Assembly: GCA_015233195.1 (NCBI GenBank)
Contig: JADFYE010000004.1
Span: 66,411-130,410, forward strand
Origin: Candidatus Omnitrophota bacterium
GTDB lineage: Bacteria; Omnitrophota; Gorgyraeia; Zapsychrales; Zapsychraceae
DNA: 64,000 bases
Direction: 5' to 3'
The notes below the pieces were generated by a model, which saw only the letters and a program-made list of their open reading frames with translations, made no database searches and was not told the origin of the DNA. Positions 55,813 to 64,000 of this stretch are shown one piece after another. Both the position numbers and the translations under genes were made by a program. Positions within the stretch are counted from its first letter, which is position 1. Every line of letters starts with the position of its first letter.

Positions 55813-58035
55813 ATGTTCGAAAAAATTTTAAAACAACTTAATTTTTTTATCGGGATAATAGCCCTTGGCATTTTGTTTGGGTTTGTATTCCAAGCTGCTC
55901 AGGTCGAGATACGTGATCTTGACCTTTGGCTGCATTGGGGTTTGGGAAAATATATCACCCAGACCGGAATGATTCCGCACGTTGATATGTTGTCTTGGAC
56001 TATGACTGGTAAGTCGTGGATCGACCATGAATGGTTGTTTCAAGTTGTGATTTACAATATTCAAAATTTGTGGGGGTGGAACGGATTGTTGGTGATGCAG
56101 GGGTTGGTAGTATTGGCGATTTTAGGTCTATTATTTTTTATGGCGAATGATAGAAATAAGCAGATAATTGTTATTTTGCTTTTGTATATTGTCGCTACCA
56201 TAATGGAACAAAGGTTTACGGTTAGACCTGATCTTTTCAGTCTTTTATTTTTTTCTTTATATATTTTTGTGTTAGCTTTACACCTTGATAAAAAATGGGC
56301 AATGCCGTTTTTGGTGTTTATTCAGATAATTTGGGTAAATGTTCATGGGTTTTTCTTTTTTGGTCCGTTGTTTGTTTTAATAGGAATATTATCTGAGTTT
56401 ATTAAACGAAAAGTTAAGTTACCGTGGGAATGGAATTCTATCGGACGGTTGAATGATTCAGAGTATAAAAATTTAAAAATCATGTTTGGGTTAATGGTCT
56501 TGGCATGTTTCGTGAATCCATATTTTTGGAGAGGGGCAGGATATCCGGTAGATGTTTTTATTTCAACCTTAACTGGCGCTAACAAAGTGTTTTTTGCTTA
56601 TATTCAGGAACTTAAAAAACCTTTGATCTGGCGGGATTTGTTTTCATTGGAGCATGAAGGCTCATATAAATTGATGATTTTGTTCTCGGGTATATCATTT
56701 ATTTTTAACCGCCGTAAGGTGGATATCAGTGCTTTATTTTTATGGTTATTGTTCTTAGGCTTTTCTTTGGGCGCGGTACGGAATCTGCCGTTTTTTGCTG
56801 TAGCAGCGTATTTGGTTTTTATAACAAATATTTACGAACTTAAAGCCGCTGATATTGTTCCAGTGACTTTTAAAAAACCTATTTTTATTCCGATTACTGA
56901 GATTGCGGTAAAATTATTATTAATGGTGAGTATTTTTAACGCGTTTAATCAGGATATTTTCACCGGATATTATGATTTTGACACTAATAAACGAAAAAGT
57001 GAGTATGGTGATGTGTCATTAAGAGAATATCCCAGCCATGCGGTTGATTTTTTGGTTGAGAATAAAATTAAAGGTAAATTTTTTAATGATTTTAATTCCG
57101 GCGCGTATTTGATAGGAAGGGCTTGGCCGAATATTAAGGTTTTTATAGACGGAAGAACTGAATTTTATGGCAAGGATTTTTTTGAGAATTATATTAAGGT
57201 CTGGCAAAAAGGCGAAAAAGACGCGATCAAAAAATATGTGGAAGATGCCGGGGCTACTGGCGCGTTTTTGAATTCCGCGCGGCAAAATATACCTAAAGAG
57301 ACGTTGCGTAATTTTTATAATTCTCCAAATTGGAAAGTAATATATTTTGATTGGGATGCTGTGATATTTTTGAGGGATATCGAGGAGAATAAAGCGCTGA
57401 TTAAACAGTTTGGGATTGATCTGGCTAAGTGGCAGCCTAAAGAAGAAGATATTTATAAATTGCGCACTGAACGGGTCAGACCGTTTCGTAATCAAAATCG
57501 GGCGGATATGTTGTTGAATTTAAAATTATATGGTCCGGCTATGGCAGAAGCTAAAGAAGCTATGAAAGTATCGCCCGGATTTTATGAGGCGCATTACACC
57601 ATCGGTAGAATTTATTTTGAGGAGAAAAAATTTAAAGAAGCTTTTCCATATTTGCGTTTTGCGGCTGCAGTAGAGCCGTCGGATGATGCGGCGCAGTATG
57701 ACTTTGCGGAATGCTACTATAATTTAAAAATGTATGATCTGGCGCTAAAGCAATATAATGATATCAAAGCATCTTGGCCCAAAGATCTGGTAGCGCGCTA
57801 TTGGATTGCTAAAGTGTTGGCTAAACAGGAAAAATACGAGGAGGCTTTTAAGGAAATAAGCGCCTTTCACAAGAGTAAACCAAAAGAGGTGCTAAAAGTT
57901 TTAGAAGTCGGGGATATTGCGTTTGAGCAGAAAAATATAGAGCAGGCGAAAAAGATTTATGATTTGGTTAAGAATGCAGAAACGGATAAGGCGGAAGTGA
58001 AAGCAAGGTTTGAAAAGTTAAAGAGCGGAAAATAA
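55813..58035 (+). CDS. Polytopic membrane protein with C-terminal TPR repeats (GT-C-like glycosyltransferase candidate)
   Basis: 740 aa. The N-terminal 400 aa or so are polytopic, with the acidic loop VEIRDLDLWLHWG after TM1. The C-terminal 200 aa are TPR-like (YEAHYTIGRIYFEEKKFKEAFPYLRFAAAVEP, AQYDFAECYYNLKMYDLALKQY). Confidence 0.5.
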   Translation: MFEKILKQLNFFIGIIALGILFGFVFQAAQVEIRDLDLWLHWGLGKYITQTGMIPHVDMLSWTMTGKSWIDHEWLFQVVIYNIQNLWGWNGLLVMQGLVVLAILGLLFFMANDRNKQIIVILLLYIVATIMEQRFTVRPDLFSLLFFSLYIFVLALHLDKKWAMPFLVFIQIIWVNVHGFFFFGPLFVLIGILSEFIKRKVKLPWEWNSIGRLNDSEYKNLKIMFGLMVLACFVNPYFWRGAGYPVDVFISTLTGANKVFFAYIQELKKPLIWRDLFSLEHEGSYKLMILFSGISFIFNRRKVDISALFLWLLFLGFSLGAVRNLPFFAVAAYLVFITNIYELKAADIVPVTFKKPIFIPITEIAVKLLLMVSIFNAFNQDIFTGYYDFDTNKRKSEYGDVSLREYPSHAVDFLVENKIKGKFFNDFNSGAYLIGRAWPNIKVFIDGRTEFYGKDFFENYIKVWQKGEKDAIKKYVEDAGATGAFLNSARQNIPKETLRNFYNSPNWKVIYFDWDAVIFLRDIEENKALIKQFGIDLAKWQPKEEDIYKLRTERVRPFRNQNRADMLLNLKLYGPAMAEAKEAMKVSPGFYEAHYTIGRIYFEEKKFKEAFPYLRFAAAVEPSDDAAQYDFAECYYNLKMYDLALKQYNDIKASWPKDLVARYWIAKVLAKQEKYEEAFKEISAFHKSKPKEVLKVLEVGDIAFEQKNIEQAKKIYDLVKNAETDKAEVKARFEKLKSGK

Positions 58036-58037
58036 AT

Positions 58038-58913
58038 TTGAAAAAATTATTTATATTAACAATTTTGGCATTGTTTATTACCGGATCTGCGTTTGGCGAA
58101 TTTGTTAAGAAGCTAAATGTTATTACGACGATATTTCCGCTTTATGATATGGCTAGGGAGGTGGGAGGGGATAAAGTTGAAGTTACGAAATTGTTGCCTG
58201 CTGGAGTAGAAGCGCATACTTTTGATCCTAAAGCTAAAGATATTGTTAAGATAAATAATGGTGATGTTTTTGTTTATACGGGGGAATTTATGGAGCCGTG
58301 GGCGAAAGATATTTTTCGCGGCGTATCAAATTCGTCCTTGTTAATTGTAGACGCTAGTAAAGGTGTCACATTAATGAAAGGAAATGATCCACATATTTGG
58401 CTTGATCTTTCTTATGCTAAGATTATGACTGATAACATTGCAAAGGCTTTCGGTCAGAAGGATCCAGCGAATAAAGATTTTTATATGGCTAATGCTTCAG
58501 CATACAAAGCGCGTCTAGCTGATCTTGACCAGAGGTTTACTTCTGATTTAACTTCTTGTAAAATTAAAACAATTGTTTATGCCGGTCATTTTGCATTTGG
58601 TTATTTTGCTAAGCGTTATGGGTTAGCACAAGTTTCTCCGTATAAAGGTTTTTCTCCTGACGCTGAACCGTCGCCTAAAAGTGTAGCAGAACTAATTAAT
58701 ACTTTGAAAAGTTCAGGGTCAAAAGTTATTTATTATGAAGAATTGATAGACCCTAAAATCGCTCGTGTGATCTCGGAAGAAACCGGCGTAAAAATGGATT
58801 TATTAAATGGCGGGCATAATGTTTCGGATGATGAAATGAAGTCAGGGATAACGTTTTTGTCTATCATGGAAGAGAATTTGAAAAAATTAAGGCAAGGATT
58901 GCAATGTCAGTAA
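58038..58913 (+). CDS. znuA: Metal (zinc/manganese) ABC transporter substrate-binding protein, TroA/ZnuA family
   Basis: Signal peptide MKKLFILTILALFITGSAFG. Contains VITTIFPLYDM, GVEAHTFDP and DPHIWLD. TTG start 3 nt after the upstream stop. Confidence 0.8.
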   Translation: MKKLFILTILALFITGSAFGEFVKKLNVITTIFPLYDMAREVGGDKVEVTKLLPAGVEAHTFDPKAKDIVKINNGDVFVYTGEFMEPWAKDIFRGVSNSSLLIVDASKGVTLMKGNDPHIWLDLSYAKIMTDNIAKAFGQKDPANKDFYMANASAYKARLADLDQRFTSDLTSCKIKTIVYAGHFAFGYFAKRYGLAQVSPYKGFSPDAEPSPKSVAELINTLKSSGSKVIYYEELIDPKIARVISEETGVKMDLLNGGHNVSDDEMKSGITFLSIMEENLKKLRQGLQCQ

Positions 58914-59656
58914 GCGCGATCAAAGTTCAGGACTTAACAGTTTTTTATCAAAATTCAGAGGTTTTAAGCGGAGTTTCACTTGAAATTGCTTTGGGCGATT
59001 ATGTTGGTATCGTCGGACCAAATGGTTCGGGAAAAACTACATTGATAAAATCTATGGTCGGATTGATTGAGCCGGCACAGGGAAATATTGAGATATTAGG
59101 CACTGCGCTTGCTGCTTTTACTAAATGGTCAAGTGTTGGTTATCTGCCCCAGAAGAATAATGTAATGGATCCGCGTTTTCCGGCTAACGTATATGAGGTT
59201 ATAGCTTCAGGAATATTATCTGCAAAACGTTTTCCTAAGATTTTGAACAAACAGGATCAAATGCGAATTGAAAATACTTTGGAAATTTTGAATATTGTTG
59301 ATCTGCGAGATCATTTGATCGGCAGGCTTTCCGGCGGGCAGCAACAGCGGGTTATGTTAGCGCGCGCTTTAGTTAATCAGCCGTCAATTTTGCTTTTGGA
59401 TGAGCCGACAGTGGCTTTGGATCCGCATACGCGTGAAAGTTTTTATACGCTTTTGCAAAAACTTAATAAAGAACAGAACATTACAATTCTGTTAGTTTCA
59501 CATGATCCGGTTACTGTGGGCAATTTCGCGACCAAGTTGTTGTATTTAGATAAGAAAGTAATTTTTTATGGAAAATTTGGGGAATTTTGCAGTGCTAAAA
59601 ATATGAAAGATTATTTTGGTTTAGAAGCGCAGCATTTAATGTGTCATCAGCATTAA
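58904..59656 (+). CDS. znuC: Metal ABC transporter ATP-binding protein
   Basis: Walker A GPNGSGKTT, signature LSGGQQQR, Walker B LLLDEPTVALD. Confidence 0.85.
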   Translation: MSVSAIKVQDLTVFYQNSEVLSGVSLEIALGDYVGIVGPNGSGKTTLIKSMVGLIEPAQGNIEILGTALAAFTKWSSVGYLPQKNNVMDPRFPANVYEVIASGILSAKRFPKILNKQDQMRIENTLEILNIVDLRDHLIGRLSGGQQQRVMLARALVNQPSILLLDEPTVALDPHTRESFYTLLQKLNKEQNITILLVSHDPVTVGNFATKLLYLDKKVIFYGKFGEFCSAKNMKDYFGLEAQHLMCHQH

Positions 59657-59701
59657 CGTCAGAAGATAGACGATAGAAGTAAGAGGGTAAAAAAATAACA
59701 A

Positions 59702-59872
59702 GCAAATTTTTATATGGAAAATTGCAGGTATTTAAGCGAACGTTGATAATTCGAGCGGGCACGGTTCGTATGCTGTAAGCAGACGAGAGCGAGAATTATC
59801 GTCGAGCGCAGTTTAATACGCCGGATGAAACAAGCGTTTCGCGTAATGCCGAATATTTTCACAAAAATTTGC
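59702..59872 (+). repeat. Intercistronic foldback repeat, copy D (full length)
   Basis: Terminal inverted repeats GCAAATTTTT (59702) and AAAAATTTGC (59863-59872). Arms GGTATTTAAGCGAACG / CGTTTCGCGTAATGCC. Apical hairpin TCGTATGC-TGTAA-GCAGACGA at 59766-59786. Lies between the znuC-like and znuB-like genes. Confidence 0.85.
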
Positions 59873-59907
59873 GGACGAAAAATTTATATTATTAACTATG
59901 GGCGGAT

Positions 59908-60735
59908 ATGAATAGTTTCAGTAGTCAGATAATTGACGCGTTACATTATGCTTTTATCCAACGGGCAATATTAGCCGGGGTATTGATCGCTTTATGCTGT
60001 TCTTTTTTGGGAATTTTTCTGGTCTTAAGACGATTTTCACTTATTGGCGACGGTCTGGCTCATGTAAGTTTCGCTGCAATAGCTCTTGGACTTTTGCTTA
60101 AGCAATCGCCTTTATTGATTTCAGTACCAATCGTTGTGGTGGCTTCATTATTGATATTTCGCATGACTGAAAAGTCAGTTATGTATGGCGATGCTGCAAT
60201 CGGGCTTTTATCAGCAGTAGGTATTGCAGTAGGCGTGACTCTTGCCAGTATATCCGGCGGATTTAATGTTGATATTTTTAGCTATCTTTTTGGAAATATT
60301 TTATCAATCAGCAAAGAAGAAATTGTTTTGACTGTAATTTTGTCTGCAATCGTGATTTTCTCGGTTTTATTTTTTTATCACGACCTTTTTGCGGTAAGTT
60401 TTGATAATGATAACGCAAAGGTGATGGGGGTCAAGACTTCGAGAGTAAATTATGTGCTGCTGATGCTCACATCACTTACGGTTGTCTTAGGTATAAAGGT
60501 AGTTGGTACAATGTTAGTTTCAAGTTTGATCATATTCCCTGCAGTAAGTGCTTTACAGATCGCCCGAAATTTTAAAGCTGCAATTTTATTTGCATCAATA
60601 TTAGCGATTTTATCGGTGCTTATAGGCATAGCAGTTTCTTATGTATTTGACCTTCCGGCTGGAGCAACAATTGTTGAAGTAAATTTTACGTTTTTTGTTT
60701 TAGCATTTCTCGCCCGTAGATTATTTAAATTATGA
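59908..60735 (+). CDS. znuB: Metal ABC transporter permease (ZnuB/TroC family)
   Basis: 275-aa polytopic protein. Contains FIQRAILAGVLIALCCSFLGIFLVLRRFSLIGDGLAHVSF, typical of ABC-3 permeases. Confidence 0.85.
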   Translation: MNSFSSQIIDALHYAFIQRAILAGVLIALCCSFLGIFLVLRRFSLIGDGLAHVSFAAIALGLLLKQSPLLISVPIVVVASLLIFRMTEKSVMYGDAAIGLLSAVGIAVGVTLASISGGFNVDIFSYLFGNILSISKEEIVLTVILSAIVIFSVLFFYHDLFAVSFDNDNAKVMGVKTSRVNYVLLMLTSLTVVLGIKVVGTMLVSSLIIFPAVSALQIARNFKAAILFASILAILSVLIGIAVSYVFDLPAGATIVEVNFTFFVLAFLARRLFKL

Positions 60736-61739
60736 AAAATAAATTATTCGCACTTATTGGGTTATTAATTATTTGGTTTGTCGGGTACAGTTTTTTACCG
60801 GCATTCTCAAAATTTTTAACTTATGATTTGATGCGTTTATCGCCTGGAACACATTGGGCGTCCTCAGTAGAATTTTTTTTATATGATTATCCTAAAGTTA
60901 TGCTGTTGCTTGCAATTGTAGTTTTTGGTATAGGGATTATTCGCACCTTTTTTACCGCGCAACGTACTCGTCAGATATTGGCAGGGAAGAATGAATTTGT
61001 AGGAAATATCTTAGCAGCTTTATTAGGCGTGGTTACACCATTTTGTTCTTGTTCAGCTGTTCCATTATTTATTGGTTTTGTTACTGCAGGAGTGCCTTTA
61101 GGTGTTACGTTCTCATTTCTCATATCAGCTCCTATGATAAATGAAATCGCTTTGGTGCTTTTATTTGGACTTTTTGGGTGGAAGATTGCTTTGATATATT
61201 TGTGCACTGGTCTTACAATTGCGGTTGTTTCAGGATGGGTTATTGGTCATCTGCATATGGAAAAATTTGTAGCTGAATGGGTGAAGCATTCAATCGCTGA
61301 TATTGGAAATGATAAAAAATTAAATTGGTCTGATCGTATTGCTGCTGGATGGTACGCGGTTATTGATATCGTCTCAAAAGTATGGATTTTTGTGATGTTA
61401 GGAATAGCGGTTGGGGCTTTTATTCATGGTTTTGTTCCAGAGAATTTTTTGGTGGCTATCATGGGTAAAAAAGCTTGGTGGTCAGTTCCTCTTGCAGTTG
61501 TAATTGGAATCCCGCTTTATTCTAATGCTGCAGGAATAATTCCAATAGTGCAAGCTTTACTTGAAAAAGGAGCAGCACTTGGTACAGTTCTGGCATTTAT
61601 GATGTCTGTTATTGGTTTATCGTTACCGGAAATCATTATTTTGCGCAAAGTTTTAAAACCTAAATTAATTGCAGTGTTTGTAGGCGTAGTTGGTTGCGGA
61701 ATATTGATCGTTGGGTTTTTATTTAATTTGATATTTTAG
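60732..61739 (+). CDS. Predicted permease of the UPF0718/ArsP_1-type family (CSC-motif permease)
   Basis: 335-aa polytopic protein. The TPFCSCSAVPLFIGF motif is characteristic of this permease family. ATGA overlap with the znuB-like gene. ACR3 lies directly downstream. Confidence 0.55.
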   Translation: MKNKLFALIGLLIIWFVGYSFLPAFSKFLTYDLMRLSPGTHWASSVEFFLYDYPKVMLLLAIVVFGIGIIRTFFTAQRTRQILAGKNEFVGNILAALLGVVTPFCSCSAVPLFIGFVTAGVPLGVTFSFLISAPMINEIALVLLFGLFGWKIALIYLCTGLTIAVVSGWVIGHLHMEKFVAEWVKHSIADIGNDKKLNWSDRIAAGWYAVIDIVSKVWIFVMLGIAVGAFIHGFVPENFLVAIMGKKAWWSVPLAVVIGIPLYSNAAGIIPIVQALLEKGAALGTVLAFMMSVIGLSLPEIIILRKVLKPKLIAVFVGVVGCGILIVGFLFNLIF

Positions 61740-61748
61740 GAGATTTTT

Positions 61749-62795
61749 ATGAACGGGAAAAACATTGTCAGTAAATTGTCATTTTTAGATAGGCATTTGA
61801 CGTTGTGGATATTTTTAGCTATGGCTATTGGTGTAGGTGCTGGATATTTTTGGTCGGGAGTGGCTAAATTTTGGGATCGTTTTCAGGTCGGAACAACTAA
61901 TATTCCAATTGCGATTGGTCTGATTTTAATGATGTATCCGCCATTGGCAAAAGTCAAATATGAGGAAATAGGCGACGTATTCCGCAATGTTCGGGTGTTG
62001 GCTTTATCATTGGTTCAGAATTGGATCATTGGTCCGATTTTAATGTTTTTATTAGCAATTATATTTTTACGTGGATATCCGGAGTATATGGTCGGGTTGA
62101 TTTTAATTGGTCTTGCTCGCTGCATTGCTATGGTGATCGTATGGAATGAGTTGGCAGAAGGGGATACGGAATATTGCGCAGGACTGGTAGCATTTAATTC
62201 GGTTTTTCAGGTTTTATTTTTTTCGGTTTATGCTTGGGTTTTTATTACGATTCTTCCGGCGTGGTTTGGATTAAAGGGAGTAGTAGTTAATGTTACTATA
62301 GTCCAAATCGCTAAGAGTGTATTTATTTATCTTGGTATTCCGTTTATTGCGGGGTTTTTAACGCGGTTCATTTTGATAAGAATAAAGACTAAAGAATGGT
62401 ATGAGAAAAAATTTATTCCATTGATCAGTCCACTGACTTTGATAGCTTTGTTGTTTACTATTTTGGTGATGTTTTCCCTTAAAGGAGAATTTATTGTTCG
62501 GATACCTTTAGATGTTATTCGTATAGCAGTTCCGCTGCTTATATATTTTGTAATTATGTTTTTTGTTTCTTTTTACATGAGTAGAAAGGTTGGAGCAGAT
62601 TATGGTAAAACCGTGTCATTGTCGTTTACTGCTGCTAGTAATAATTTTGAGTTAGCAATTGCAGTTGCGGTTGCAGTGTTTGGGATAAATTCAGGTGTAG
62701 CGTTTGCCGCTGTAATAGGTCCGTTGGTAGAAGTGCCGGTTTTGATAGCATTAGTAAATGTGTCTTTGTATTTTCAGAAGAAGTATTTTAAATAA
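61749..62795 (+). CDS. acr3: Arsenite efflux transporter, ACR3 family
   Basis: [26 protein letters not shown]-terminus and the [21 protein letters not shown] motif with the conserved Cys. Length is 348 aa. Confidence 0.9.
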   Translation: MNGKNIVSKLSFLDRHLTLWIFLAMAIGVGAGYFWSGVAKFWDRFQVGTTNIPIAIGLILMMYPPLAKVKYEEIGDVFRNVRVLALSLVQNWIIGPILMFLLAIIFLRGYPEYMVGLILIGLARCIAMVIVWNELAEGDTEYCAGLVAFNSVFQVLFFSVYAWVFITILPAWFGLKGVVVNVTIVQIAKSVFIYLGIPFIAGFLTRFILIRIKTKEWYEKKFIPLISPLTLIALLFTILVMFSLKGEFIVRIPLDVIRIAVPLLIYFVIMFFVSFYMSRKVGADYGKTVSLSFTAASNNFELAIAVAVAVFGINSGVAFAAVIGPLVEVPVLIALVNVSLYFQKKYFK

Positions 62796-62908
62796 AAAAT
62801 AGACGTATAATCAAATTCCGGTTATAAAAAAATTACTATTTTTTAAAATCCTAGTGTATAATATCCCCACTGTTTTTACTTTAATTGATATTAATATGGG
62901 GAGTAGTT

Positions 62909-64000
62909 TTGTTACGAGATGTTTTAACTTTTATTTTAGCAGGCGGACGCGGACAGCGGCTTGATCCTTTGACTAGGGATAGGGCTAAGCCAGCGGTTCC
63001 TTTCGGCGGGATATATCGTATTATTGATTTTACTCTAAGTAACTGCGTAAATTCAGGCTTACGCCGGGTTCATGTTTTAACCCAATATAAATCTTTTTCA
63101 CTTCAAAAACATCTTTTAGCTGGTTGGGATGTGGTATCTAGTCAATTGGGTGAGTTTATTGATGTTATTCCTGCTCAACAGCGTATCGGGTCTGATTGGT
63201 ACCGAGGCACAGCCGACGCAATTTTTCAAAATATTTACACTATTCAAGACGCTAATCCTAAATGGGTCTTGGTCCTTTCCGGTGACCATATTTATAAAAT
63301 GAATTATGCTGAAATGTTTGAACAACATTTAGCGCAAGAGGCAGATGTTACAGTTGCTTGTTTGACTATGCCTAAAGATACGTCCCGTGATTTTGGAGTA
63401 ATTGAAGTTGATGGTAAAAATAGAGTAAAAGGTTTTCAGGAAAAACCTGAAAAGCCAAAGCTCATTCCGCATGCCAAAGATAAAATCTATGCTTCAATGG
63501 GCGTTTATTTGTTTAATCGGGAAATTTTGGAACGGGAGCTTGAAATTGATTCTACCGATGATGCTTCACAGCATGATTTTGGTCGGGATGTTATTCCAAA
63601 AATGATTAAAAGTAAGCACAAAATATTCGCGTATAATTTTGCGGATGAGAAGGGCGCGTCAAAGTACTGGCGCGACATTGGAACTCGGGACGCGTATTAT
63701 CAAGCTAACATGGATTTATTAAAAGCGGATTCAGAGTTTAATCTTTATGATAAAAATTGGCCGGTCAGAACTTACCATGAACAATATCCGCCGATTAAAA
63801 TGGTGCGTACAGAATCAGGATCAGGGACAGTTATTAATTCTATGTTATCCGGTGGATGTATTATTGAGGGCGGTTATGTTGATCGTTCTATATTATCTCC
63901 AAATGTCAAAATAGGCGATGGGGCTGAAGTACGTAATTCAGTTATTATGGAAGGCGTGGTTATTGAAAAAGGCGCTAAGATCCAAAATGCTATCATAGAT
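62909..64000 (+). CDS. glgC: Glucose-1-phosphate adenylyltransferase (3' end beyond the window)
   Basis: My own translation from TTG 62909, which lies 5 nt after GGGGAG: [49 protein letters not shown]...WYRGTADA...[11 protein letters not shown]. This ORF is not in the supplied track because it runs off the window. Confidence 0.9.
   Translation, partial: MLRDVLTFILAGGRGQRLDPLTRDRAKPAVPFGGIYRIIDFTLSNCVNSGLRRVHVLTQYKSFSLQKHLLAGWDVVSSQLGEFIDVIPAQQRIGSDWYRGTADAIFQNIYTIQDANPKWVLVLSGDHIYKMNYAEMFEQHLAQEADVTVACLTMPKDTSRDFGVIEVDGKNRVKGFQEKPEKPKLIPHAKDKIYASMGVYLFNREILERELEIDSTDDASQHDFGRDVIPKMIKSKHKIFAYNFADEKGASKYWRDIGTRDAYYQANMDLLKADSEFNLYDKNWPVRTYHEQYPPIKMVRTESGSGTVINSMLSGGCIIEGGYVDRSILSPNVKIGDGAEVRNSVIMEGVVIEKGAKIQNAIID

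Noticed and set aside
57019-57495. 158-aa minus-strand ORF inside the membrane/TPR gene
   Set aside because: It is antisense to a 740-aa ORF with coherent TM and TPR architecture. Its sequence is low-complexity and Ile/Phe/Lys-rich, as expected from AT-rich antisense translation.
48693-59872. Possibility that the repeated sequences are a CRISPR array
   Set aside because: The copies are about 165 bp long, kilobases apart and separated by genes. One is inverted, and no cas genes are present.
62796-62908. Possible promoter (TGTATAAT-like box at 62855..62862) upstream of glgC
   Set aside because: A TATAAT hexamer is present at 62857..62862, but the best -35 candidates match TTGACA at only about 3 of 6 positions and the context is AT-rich. 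The support is too weak to list as a feature.

Overview
This is an AT-rich bacterial window, probably from an uncultivated lineage, though I cannot place it taxonomically from sequence alone. It is almost entirely coding. 55 of the 57 CDS I call lie on the + strand, and many starts overlap the upstream stop.

Bases 1 to about 47400 form one very large glycan (O-antigen / capsule / envelope glycosylation) superlocus. It contains:
- three cobalamin-type radical SAM paralogs
- two CMP-sugar cytidylyltransferases (NeuA type and KdsB type)
- a DRE-TIM aldolase fused to a DUF115/MptE-like domain
- two MBOAT O-acyltransferases with SGNH-like or unknown partners
- a CDP-6-deoxyhexose branch (rfbF, rfbG, cupin, SDR)
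- a VOC + FkbH + ACP + NodB deacetylase + DegT-like + FemAB-like + FkbM block
- GT2, GT4 and GT26 transferases and a WbaP-type initiating phosphotransferase
- a Wzx-like flippase and two O-antigen-ligase/polymerase-like proteins
- several large polytopic GT-C-like proteins next to three polyprenyl-phosphate-type GT2 enzymes
- the GDP-fucose genes gmd and fcl

A perfect consensus promoter at 47401 then precedes pgk-tpiA-secG and a five-gene peptide-type ABC importer. Next come a 740-aa membrane/TPR protein, znuABC-type metal uptake genes, a CSC-motif permease, ACR3, and the start of glgC.

The most notable non-coding signal is a foldback repeat family of about 165 bp. It has three full copies and one truncated copy, all intercistronic inside operons. 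It has terminal inverted repeats and compensatory base changes in both its arms and its apical hairpin.

Candidates for undescribed biology, in my order of interest:
1. The aldolase-DUF115 / HAD / KdsB-like / orphan 636-aa block together with the radical SAM paralogs, which may make a non-canonical ulosonic sugar.
2. The intercistronic foldback repeat family.
3. The FkbH-ACP-FemAB decoration module.
4. The GT-C battery.

All family calls rest on motif recognition by eye. No database search or computation was run.
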